From Lama glama (Eukaryota): a DNA stretch of 64,000 bases. The stretch covers positions 16,740,001 to 16,804,000 of the forward strand of contig CM052822.1 of NCBI GenBank assembly GCA_028534125.1. The letters are read 5' to 3'. A model generated the notes under the pieces. It saw only the letters and a program-made list of their open reading frames with translations. It was not told where the DNA came from and did no database searches. Position numbers and translations under genes: made by a program. This document shows, in pieces, positions 13,101 through 25,100 of this stretch (the first letter of the stretch is position 1; the number at the start of each line of letters is the position of its first letter).

Positions 13101-16100
13101 TTTAGGGACAGATAAACGAACACAATATAGCTCAAAAATTAACTTGCTATTACTTTATACAGAATCCTTACTGATTGAAGCAAGAAGCTATTTGGAAAGA
13201 TTCTAATAGGAATGGCTGTTCTGTTCATGAATTCATTAAAGTTAGGGGAATATTATTCCCTTAATTTGTCTACTGCACTTCCCCTCAGTCAAGCCATGTA
13301 AACACAGGGCATTGCCCTGAAAATCTCCTTCAAATCTTAGCTGGTGCCAACTACAGGTGTCCTGCAACAACTAAGAGCAAAATGATAGATATACAATACT
13401 AGAATCAAAAAAAAAAACCCTTTTAAGTTTTAATTTTAAATGTCTGATGAGAATGTCGAAAACTTTCATTTTCAGTCTACCAGAAAGGTAAAATTCCATA
13501 CTATTAGTTTACTAAATATATTCTAAGGTGCCCTGATAGGAACTCTAAAAAAAACCCTACATGCCTGAAAACTGATGCATTTTTACATGTCTGTCTTTCC
13601 AGTGTCCGTGTGCTGTACACTAGTAGACATGGGTGGGATGTAAATAAAAGCAACATTCTTCATGACACGCTTCAGAAACAGGGACCCAGGACTGTCAGAG
13701 CATAGAACAATGGTCAAAAGTGACTCTTTGGAAGAATGACTTGACTCTCTTACCCACCTTAATTACTCTATTTATAAAAAGGTGAGTACATTCAGACTAA
13801 GAAACAAAATGATTTTTTTAAGAAAAGTACAATAGATGAAAACTATACCACTTAAAACATTATTCCCACTTTCCATCTTTCAGATCAGGCAAAGCAACTC
13901 ACAATTGCTCTTTTCAAAAAAATTGGGTAACCAATTAGAAAAATTCCTCAAGAACACAATTATTATTTGCACAACAGTGATTTGCAACTTCCAAAGTAAT
14001 AACACTTTTTTGATCATTTAGCAAAATTACTTTCCTACTTTCCTACTCAATAGGCTTTCCTACTCAAATCTCTCCTCCTCGAATTGCTCTCTATTTTATC
14101 TTCTCAACACAGAAAAGTTGTTTATCTTGGGAAAATGAAAGTGTTAGTCTGCTAAAGTTTGAGAAGAAAGAACTCAATGAAAAAAAAAAGGAGAAAATTA
14201 AAGTTTCAAAAGGCTTTAGAAAGAAGACTTGGATTACAATTCTAACTGGACTTTCAAATGACCAACCAGACTTTCAACTCACTGTGTTTTTCCTTAAGTG
14301 ACTCAAACTCTCTCCTTACCATCGCAGTTTTGTAATGTGTCAAAAGCAGAATATCTACTGCACTGATTTATAAGGTAGTTATGAAGGATAAAATGAGAGA
14401 ACTATTTGGGAAAGTTTAAAGCACTGCAAAATATAAAAGACTATTAACAAGGTACATCACTTTGTAAAGAACTAGTAGAACCAGAGAAAGGGGAAAAAAA
14501 ATCAAGATATTGATATAATTTATAAACCTGACATTAGGTGTCAAAATACTACAATGATTCAATGCTTTTCCTTGGCAGACTTCACTTTTTAAAAGAAACT
14601 CTTAGGTTAAAAGCAGTTTAGTTTAGATTCAATTCTTTATTTCCTTTAATTCAATGAATCATTTAAAATGTGGAACATCCAAATGTGATTCTTTGTTATA
14701 AACATAATTTCCACATGTTTGAATCAGGCCTTCCCTGGGAACCAACAAGGATGTATGAAGCAGTGATCATTTCAATATGCTTATAGATATAATAAAAATA
14801 GAAAAAAGATGTAAGAGAGAAAAGTGTTAAGACAGATATGTACTTTATTGCCAGGTATGTGAAATCTCTTTCCCTTTGATGACCTGTGTCACCCTGATCT
14901 TTACCCCTCCCAAACAGCTTTTCAGAGGTGTCGATAATTGCGCTTCTGCATAACTTTCAAGCTACGTGATCACCATAGAAACCAACAAGTACATGTTTAA
15001 AGAAATGAGATAAAGTCATAGACAGCAGGGGCTCGGGAGGGTAGAGTTCTACAGGTTGGCCAGATGTGCTGTGAATTCTAGGTTAAGAAACCACTACAGA
15101 TTCAAAGGACAACCAGTTAAACATTAATTTGGTTTTACTGAGAAATACGTAACAGGCTTTCCAGTTTCCTTATTTTGCTTCTGATGTTGCCTTATCAATC
15201 AAGATGGCACAAGTAATGTGTAAGAATTCAGGCGAGTTTTTTTTTTTTTTAGAAAGTTATGTCTTGGATTCTAAAATGGAATACATTTCCTGGGAGGAAT
15301 AACTGGATTGAATCATCTTACCTAAAGCAGGACCTACCTGATTCATATTATGAATTAATGGAGTAGAATATTGTGTTCTTATGAATTATTATCACCTAAT
15401 ACTCAACCTATTATTATTGTTGAGATAATTGACAAATCTCTGTAAAATTGTTTTGCCTAAACTTCATTCAAAATCCAAAGTTAAGACAAATTTATCTACA
15501 CTGTCAGTACATTTCCAACCCTTCTGGAGTTAGTCTCAGGAGGCAGGTGGGAAAGGACACAGTCTTGTGGGCCCAGAACATTTATCATTTGGTGTCAGTG
15601 TACTATTGTGCTGAGCTTTTTCATGTGGGGCCTTTGTGGGTTTCTTGGGGTTCCACGGTCTCAGGGTATTCAGACTGGCATCCTCTGGCAAGGGCTTTGC
15701 TCTCTGACCTCCTGGAGACTCCCTTCCGCATTGGAATCTCAGGAAGCTCAGCTTTTCTCTGCTAAGGATACCTTTTCATTGGTAGAAACCCTTCCAGTGT
15801 CAGGTCCATACAATGCCACTGCATCTTGATCTAATTTTGTTTGCCCTAAGGCTGAAGAGCATAAATCACTTATGATAGAGTTTGAAAACAAGGTATTTTG
15901 ACCTAGAGGTCTTAGATCCAGAGATATAAAATTTTACCAGTCTCCTGCAAAAGCTTCCCTTTCTAAAGGTTCTATCTTGGGTTAACTACCAAAGGCAGCA
16001 TCTGATAAAGACCTAGACAAACATTAACTGACACCCCTGGTCCTTTTTATTTACAGACTCTGTGTCTTCTTCAGTGAAATAAAAATGTGTCAAAGTTTTT

Positions 16101-19100
16101 ACATTCTTAATTCAAACTTGATCCTAAAACTTTATGAATGTCCTGTGATATTTTTATACCATTTCTTAAGGTTACTCATTAGTTTTTGAATTGTACAGTT
16201 TTAACAATTCTCTATTAGAGTTTTTCCATTTCTTTTTTTTCCAGTTAGAACAAATTAACTTATTTGTGGATGAAGAAAAAGGTAGGGAAACTGATATATG
16301 GTAGATTCTATCTTCAGTCCTTAGATTCAACATTTTAGGATACATCTGGATATTGGTTCCTTATCATAAACTTTTTTTATTGACACACAATCAATTTACA
16401 ATATTATGTTAGTTTCAGATGTACAACAAAGTGATTAAATATTTTATAGATTATACTCCATTTAAAGTTATTATAAAATATTGGCTATATTCCCTTGTTG
16501 CTCAATATATCTTTGTAGCTTATTTATTTTATACATAGTAGTTTATACCTCTTAATCCCTCTTTCCCTGTCTTGTCTCTCCCCACTTCCCTTTCCCCATT
16601 GATAGCTACTAGTTTGTTCTCTATATCTGTGAATCTGTTTCTTTGTTATATTCACTAGTTTGTTTTAGTTTTAAATTCCACACACAAGTGATATCANNNN
16701 NNNNNNNNNNNNNNNNNNNNNNNNNNNNNNNNNNNNNNNNNNNNNNNNNNNNNNNNNNNNNNNNNNNNNNNNNNNNNNNNNNNNNNNNNNNNNNNNNNNN
16801 NNNNNNNNNNNNNNNNNNNNNNNNNNNCTTTTAAGTTTAACTAGGTTCCATTTGTTTATTTTTCCTTTTATTTCCTTTGCCTGAGAAGACAGAACCAAAA
16901 AAAAAAAGTTGCTACAATTTATGTCAAAGAATGTTCTGCCTATCTATTCTTTTTTTTCCACAATGTGTCAATTTCTAATGTACAGCACAATGTCCCAGTC
17001 ATGCATATACATACATATACTCATTTTCACATTTGGCTATCTTTTCTTCTAGGAATTTCCTGCCTTACATTTAGGTATTTAATCCATTTTGAGTTTATTT
17101 TTTGTATATGATGTGAGAAAATGTAGCTGTTCAGTTTTCCTACCATGACTTATTGAAGAGACTGTCTTTCCTCCACTGTATATTCCTGCCTCCTTTGTCA
17201 TAAATTGATTGACCATAAATGCGTGGGTTTATTTCTGGGCTTTCTAATCTGTTCCACTGAGCTATGTGTCTGTTTCTGTGACAGTACCACACAGTTTTGA
17301 TTACTGTAGCTCTGTAGTATAGTCTAAAGTAAGGAAGCATGATACTTCACCTTTTCTTTTTAGTCTTAAGACAGCTTTGGCAATATGGGGCCTTTTGTGG
17401 TTCCATATAAAATTTTAAATTATTTGTTCTACTTCTGTGGAAAAAATATCAGGTATTTTTAAAAATAGGAATTGCATTAAACCTATAAATTCCTTTGGGT
17501 ATTATGGATAGTTTAACAATATTAATTCTTCTAATTCATGAACACAATATCCTTCCATTTCTTTGTATCATCTTCAATCTCCATCAATGTTTTATAGTTT
17601 TCAAAGTAAAGGCCTTTCACCTCTGTGGTTAAGTTTAATCATAGGTGATTTTGAAAGGGATTATTTTCTTGCTTTCTCTTTCTAGTAGTTTGTTATTTTG
17701 TGAGAAACAATCTTCCCAGAGGCTATACCTATAATGAAAATGAATTTGGAATTTCAAGGAGGTTTTTGCAATATAATTTTGGACTTGTTTGTAAACTACC
17801 CAAGCAGTTAAATGTAGTCATAAGTTGTCAGAAAGGATTATGATTTTCCTCCAACTTATAACATTAATAAAGAAGACCCTGTTTGAGGTAAGACCAGTTA
17901 TTTAAAAGAAGGCACCAATAACTTGTAGATCAGTTGAGTTGTCCCACAGATAAATGTGCTATTTGCCTCTGCTTAGTGTGCTTCTTTGCAAATCTCTGCC
18001 TATGAGGAATTGAGGGGAAATGACAAGATGAAAGATGGCATGAAAAGAACAATAGACACAGTCAGGAAGTCATTCCATCTTGACTGTGCCACTCTACAGC
18101 TATGCAACCTGGGTCCTCAGTGTTTCCTACTATGTCAAGTAAATGGGTTTGATTCAAGGATCTCTAATGTGGTATGACATCTTTATTATCAGAGTAAATA
18201 TGATTCCTTCTGTCTATTTTCTAATAAGGCTTTTTAATAATCTTTCCACTAAGAAATTTCTTATGTTTTTGAAAGGGCACTTAGGACACAATGCTCAGGT
18301 CTAAATTTTCCTAATGAAAGGGGAATCTTCAATTCCTCCAACCACATAGGATCATGATTAGAGGGTTGGAAAGCCTTTTAGGCAGAAGCTGGGGAGGCAT
18401 CTATTTAGGGATATTAGTGGTCTATTGTGTTAGCAATTTATCCTTTGCCCAAGGTACAAACTACACTAGATAATCTCAAAAGTCCACTCTAGCTCTCAGA
18501 TTTCATCTGCCAGACATCATGCTGTTAAGTTTTTATCAAAAATGTCTCACACCCTCCAGTCACTTTGTGGAATTAGAAACCAACTGCATTTGCCACCCAA
18601 ACAGACAGGCTGGAGTTTCCAACTGCAGATTACTGAGTGGCCCAGAATATTTGCTGCTGCCTCTACATTGCATGTGAGGTGCAGAGAACATACTTTTCCC
18701 CTTTTCTCCTTCCCATTTGCTTTCTGTTAGGACATTCTCATTTTCCTAAGACTAGGGGTCTTCTGACATTTTCCCAGGTCACCAAGACATAGAGCCCCAG
18801 CCAACATTACTACTGCTGAAGTTGCCTTTGCCTGGTTTGTCAAGATTCTTGGCCAAGAGAGAATTCCAGGGGATAGCAACCCTTCTGAATTGCCAAAGTC
18901 TAGCTATTGTGACTTCTTGGTCAGTACATGAGATTTCTCCAGGCAATTGCCTGGTTAGCACCTTCCTCTCTCCAGGAGAATGTAAAGCTCAAAAAAAAAA
19001 AGCAAATTAAGTCCTCTTCAAAAGTAGCCTAAATAATCTGGCTCTGTTAACATTTCTTTACTGTTATTGGAAAATCTTTATTTAGCCCTACAGCTAAAAA

Positions 19101-22100
19101 AAAAAAAAATCTAATTATTTCAGGACAAGCAGCTGTTTCGCATGTTCTGATCCTAGAGCTCCCACTTGTGCCCAGATGGGAAATTGATTCAAGGAAGAAC
19201 TAAGGGTCAGCCCATTTAGATTGTGAGGTTCAAGCAGTGCACTCGAGCAGCTGGTCCTTAAACTTTAGTGTGCATTTTAACTATATATAAAACTGTATCA
19301 CAATACAGGTGAAGGAATACAACCTGTAAACCAGGACCTTTTCAGTTAGCTTTTCAGAAAACTGAAATGCAAAACAAAGCGTGAGAATCTGTCTCAGAGG
19401 AAAAAAAAAAAAGCCAAATCTCCAAAATGGAGGTTAAAACCAATGGCTCTCAAATTTTAATATGCATAAGAATTGCCTTGTGTTTTTATGAATATTTTTA
19501 TGCTGAACATTCAGAGATTCTCTGGATTTTAGGGAAAGACTAAAAGTCAATTTTAAAATAGACACCCGAAGGTGTTCTGCACCAGCTGGTCTTGACAAAC
19601 CCTGGCAAAGACAGTCAAGTTCCCCAAGTGGGAAAAAGCTGCTGGAGGTCAAAGGAGAAACTTAACTGTTCCTCTCCTCACAAGGAAAAGAATCAGCTTC
19701 CAGATCCCATCATTTAACATCACAAGGCTATTTTTCTCTTATTACTTGGAAATATCAGAACCCACTTTGGGAGAGTCAGAGTGACACATTTTTCTAAAGG
19801 ACAGACCTAGTCTTTAGTAGCATCATCTGCTTGAGTCAGATACCCGAAGGAGGCTTCAGAAGTCATCCAGGTCAACTTCTAGAGGCTAGACCCAGAGAGG
19901 TCAGGTGCTAGGCCCAGGAAAGGACCTCAGAAGTGCAACAGTAAATAGAACAAGCATCTGAACTCAGAGCTCCATGGTGGGCTATCAGAGAACAATGAAG
20001 AGTCTCTGAACACACCTTCTCACAAAGCAAGCATGCTGTGCTGTCTTGACTCTAGCGTGGGTGCTGGCACAGGGATCTTTTACCACATGATGCCCTTGGG
20101 CACCAGGCTCCCTCTGTTTCATTCACTGATGTCTATCACCTTCTATTATGTACTGCTCTCATCACATTCTTCTCTCACCTTGAAAAGGTGAAAAGAAAAA
20201 TTAATTCACAAATCTATGAGAACCAGAGAAACACAGTTGGTAAGAGTTGAGTGCTAATGCACCCTTATGCCCAGAAATGAGCTCAAAATACTATGTTATC
20301 ATTGTAATTATTTTTAAGATAGCCAAGTAATTGAAGCAATGCTTAGACCTGATTTCTAATCCTGATGTAACGTAAGTGGGATAGTTTGAAATCTCTCAAA
20401 GGTTACTGTGAAACTATCAAAAACAAAATTAAGTCTATCCTTATCTTTTTAAACTTTTGCTAGCTTGATGGACAAAAACTGGCAAATCAAATTATGATCC
20501 AAAGGTATCTTAGCCCTAAAAGGATTCAGAATAAATAATCTACATACTGAACAATGATTAATTATGAAAAATAAAAATCAGGAGACATTTAAGCTTCATT
20601 CAGATCATGAAAGCAGTATTTATTCAAGTTGACAGTTCTATAGTTCTAAGTCTATGAAACTGATTATTTTCTCCTACTGTTCCCACCCAAAGTGGCTGTA
20701 TTAATCAGATCAAGACTATGGACAGTTGTTGCCTCGAAGACACTCAGGTAAACGAACTGTATCATGTAGTCTATTGGTCAGACTCTATATTGGTGATTTT
20801 GCCACCATGGATCAGGAAACTGAAGAGTCAGAAATGGATCTACCCTGACCCCTATCCCCTTATAAAAGAAACTATGGCTCAGAGGTTAGATTGTTTAATT
20901 TAGATCACCAGATAGTTATTTGCCGATGAAGAAGTATAACCCAGGAAAGTTCTTAATTCAGCTCCCAAGGAAACTGAGGCTAGATAGTAAGAATAAATAC
21001 AAGGATACATAGTATAGTTATATGTTATTTAAATAATTTTCAAGAGAATTAGACACTTAGGCAAACAAGATGAGAATGTGTCACTGAGGAGACTGGGAAG
21101 TGTTAAGATTGGCAAGGACCTATACCTCTTAACAGGCACCCAGCAGATCCATACAACAAAAATCGAGATTCTTTGTTGTCGTTCTGCCTTACATCTTTAG
21201 AGAACATGTTTTAAAATAGCAAGAGTCTGAAGTTTTATTCTCTAATAAATTCAAATGTGGAAGAATCATATAGAAATAAGAATACCTAGGGACGGAAATC
21301 ACTCCTGCTCCCGGTTTAGTAGGATTACACCTCATTTTCACAGCAGTTGATCGGCCATTAACGCAAGAGGTTGTAGTTGTAGAGGACCTATTTGAAGGCA
21401 AAGCAGATGTGACACAGATTATAAAGACAAAAATATCCTGTGCATAATTGCTCCAATGCTCTATTAATAAATAAAATAATATATCAAAGTTCACTAATTT
21501 AGAATTTTAATACACATGGAGTTCATTTACTTCCACTGTCTATGATAAGTTGACTATTCCCCAAGTAAAGAGATAAGCTATCATCAAAGGATTTAGTAAA
21601 GCTATTGTAATTATAATCAAAATTATAATCAAAAGAATTTTTAAGGAATTAGAGGTCGTATCTACTTAAGCTGATGTTTTGATGTTTGAATTATAAATAA
21701 TTACTGCCTAGACAATGAAGTAGTCTCTTTATTGACTAATTCAAAAGATTATATATATGAGAAAAATTTTATAATGCTCTCTAAATATTCCAAGTTTCCT
21801 ATTTTTTTACTAAGTCTTTCATTTAAGAACCAATTACTGATTATCTAATAAGTATAAGCTACTATGCCAGGCACCCTGAAGTGACATCTTTATGATTAAA
21901 AAAATAGTTAAGAGAAGCAGCATGTTCACTTACTTATAAAAGAAATGCACATCTGGTATTTGGCTCGGTGAAACTGGGAACATATCTTCTTTTATATTAA
22001 TATTTTGCAATGTGGTTTCAACTGTCACTCCTAGATGACAATAAAAAGAAACTATTAAATAATATGGGAAAATTAGATTTATTTAGTCTCTGAATATCTG

Positions 22101-25100
22101 AATAGAAACTAGCTTTACTTTGATGCTGCCATTTAATTGGAAATATTGTATTAAATTAATTCATTCTTGGTAAGAATAATAAAATTCACAGTTTCCAGAA
22201 TAAAAAATAAAAAGATTCTACTCCCCAGCTTTGCAATTTTTCATAAGTCACTTTACTTTCTTGGTTCTTATGTCCTGAATCTGTAAAATGCATTCAATAA
22301 TTTAGATAACCTTTCAAGTCTCTTCCAGTTCTAACATTTAAACAATCTAACATTAGAATTACCTTCTTGTGAGTTTTGTCAAATGAGCTGGGCTACTTTG
22401 CTAATGTAGGTTTTTTGTCCATATTTGACAAAATAGAAATTTTTGTGCCTTACTAATTTCCAGAAAATAACTCCAAAATTTGCTTAATCTAGAAGTAAGG
22501 CATTCCCTTCACTCCAGGCAAAAAGGGAGCAGAGCCAAAATGCAAGCAGGAACAGCAACCTTTGTTCTAACAGAGTTCTGATGCTGAGCACAAGCTCAGC
22601 AACTGTCCTTGGTGCTGAAAATTACAGTTAAATTCTTCGGCAGTCTGTATCAATGGTTCTCAAATCTGGCTGCAGAATACAATCATCTAAGAAGCTTGTT
22701 AAATTGCTAGATTATCATATGTCTTGTTAGATCCCTAATCCCTACCCCAGAGACTTTAATGAACTTTATCCTTAAGAATTACTAATTAGGGACTTGAATT
22801 ACTCTTAAAAGTTTCTTATACTTTCCAGACCGCAGGGATAGAAAGGGCAGGTGGGGAATAACACTCATTCACTCTTGCTGCTTGCCACCAGCTTACTTCT
22901 AGTATGAGAAAAGATGATGAAAACTGGTAGCAGATACTATGAGTTAAGTTTATATTGTTTGTTTACTGTTCTTTTGTTCGGTTTTTCTTTTGATTTTTTA
23001 AAATTATTTTGCCTTTTAAAGTCCTAGAGAATCTGATGAAAGGCAGACTCTCAAAAAACAACGTATCATACATGAGTTAATACATAAATTCGGAAGCTTC
23101 TTGTACTCACTGAGAATGATCAAAAAGATTTCACTTGCAGGGGCTTTTTAACCATGTTACAAAGTGATGATTTAGAATTACCTGCAGACTTTAATCATCT
23201 ATGGTAAGCACCAATGCATGACAAGTTATCAGTACCATAGTTTTAGAACAAATGCATGCATATATGAACCAAATGAAGCTTACCTAAAAATGTATCTGCA
23301 AGAATGATGGATTGTGATGATAAGGCTGCTCGGAAACCCTTACTTTCAGAAGGAATAATAGTTGACTGGCATACAAATGCTCCTACCAAATTCGTGTAAT
23401 CATCTGACCCTGCCACCATTTCCTTTACTGTAAAGTCTGTAATATTGTTGGTACAGAGAGCCATCTTCTTCCCCTAGAAAAATAAAGTCATAAAGAGGTT
23501 TTATTGAAGGTCAGTCTCTAACCTGGATCTCAGCTAGCCAGTAACTCTAGCAGAGCATGGGCTCTTTCTTCCCTGAAATTCTGATTTAACTGATCTCATA
23601 TGGGGCCTGGGCACCAGCACTTTTAAAAAGCTCTTGAGGCAATTCCAGTGTTTAATCAGGGTTGAGAGTCATTGAAGTTATAATGAATACGGTAATTCAA
23701 GACTGTAAGGCTCCTGCCAACTACAAGCATCATCTGTGCTGGATGAAAGCCGTCTAATTTAAGGAAATAAAAGTCATCTATGAAATCTTCAGTTCTTAGG
23801 ATAACAATGCATACAAAGTAACCAGAAAACTCCTGGTGAATGTTTCAATACCAAGAAAAAAGACTTGCTCCTTCTCCTTCTGTATAGGCCATATGTGGCA
23901 GAAAAGTAATGTCAAGGCTGAAAAGGAAAACATAAAAGTCTAGGACAACATCTAAACTCTATAGAGTTACTACAAGTGTCTTTATTTACCTACTCTTAGA
24001 CTGTGTGATGTGTATCTGCTCAACTAGACAGTAAGTTAAAGGGAGTAAAGGAGTTTAGTGTTTTAATCATTTAAAGGATAGTTGGAAGACACAATTTAGG
24101 AAAATTGGAGGACTTTAAATATAGTATGTTTAAATAAACTGCAGTCCCACTGCAAAGGACTATAACTTCCTCTAAAATTTCTACGAAGAAATGTATAAAG
24201 AAAAACAAACACTATTTCATTGGTCTTAGATGTAATGTGCACAGATAGGCATAAATAAAAGAGATTTCTCTTTCTTAATGCAGCTAGCAATTCTAACCTA
24301 TAAAATTTTCTCCCTTCACCAAGCCCACTCAACAACAATGCAGGTGGCAACATATTGTTACTAAGCTTGAATTAAATTGTTGACACCATAAGAAAGAAAC
24401 AAGGAAAAAGAGCAGAGAGAAACTACTAGGGAAAGGAAGAGGAAAATGACAGTAAAAGGAAAGGAATGAGAATAAAGAGGAAAGAAAGAGAAGGAAGACG
24501 AAAGAGAAGATCAAAGACAGTGGGAATACAGGCGTAAGACTGCGAAGTGTGATGTATAATGGAATTAATTTTATTCACTGCTTTATGCAGTATTTAACAC
24601 AACAGGTGTTTGATATGTATGTATTTACTGAGTGAACTGAGTGACTAATCAATTGAGGGAGTGTGTTGGATCAATACACATAAAATCAGGACAGGACAAA
24701 TGCCATATCACACGGAATGTACTGATCTTTTTGTCTGAAAACTTCATCAGATCTCTTTTTACTTCCTTTGTACAAAGGTTTGCATAGCATCTGATAATGA
24801 AGACCACCGGAAATACAGGAGTTAAGATGGAAAGAGACATGGAGGAAATGCGTTATTATTATTTTTCACCTTTGCTAATGGTGAATGCATACATCCCAAA
24901 CCCCAACCTTGTATGCCCACAAAAATACTGGACACGTAGTCCTATAACTCTCCCATTACCAGCATCAATTAAGGCTCTGCTTCTTCCCAAGGAAAATAAA
25001 ATCCCATTATTTATTTATTAGCAGAGGGTACCTGCTCAACTGAAATTTGTCCCCTGCTTTCTTTTTCTTTTAGGACAAACTTCCTCCTGAAAGTCTTTTC

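Larger units (their letters stand above)
16372..17700 (-). mobile_element. L1 LINE (ORF2 C-terminal part plus 3' UTR), sense to ELAPOR2, with an internal N gap
   Basis: ORF 17140-17340 [18 protein letters not shown]...[22 protein letters not shown] is L1 ORF2; 3' UTR with AATAAA at 16376-16381. Confidence 0.9.

Noticed and set aside
21277-21285. Donor GTATTCTT resembling the U12 5' splice site GTATCCTT
   Set aside because: It mismatches the conserved +5 C, and the paired acceptor (exon 19) has a normal U2 pyrimidine tract and no TCCTTAAC branch site.
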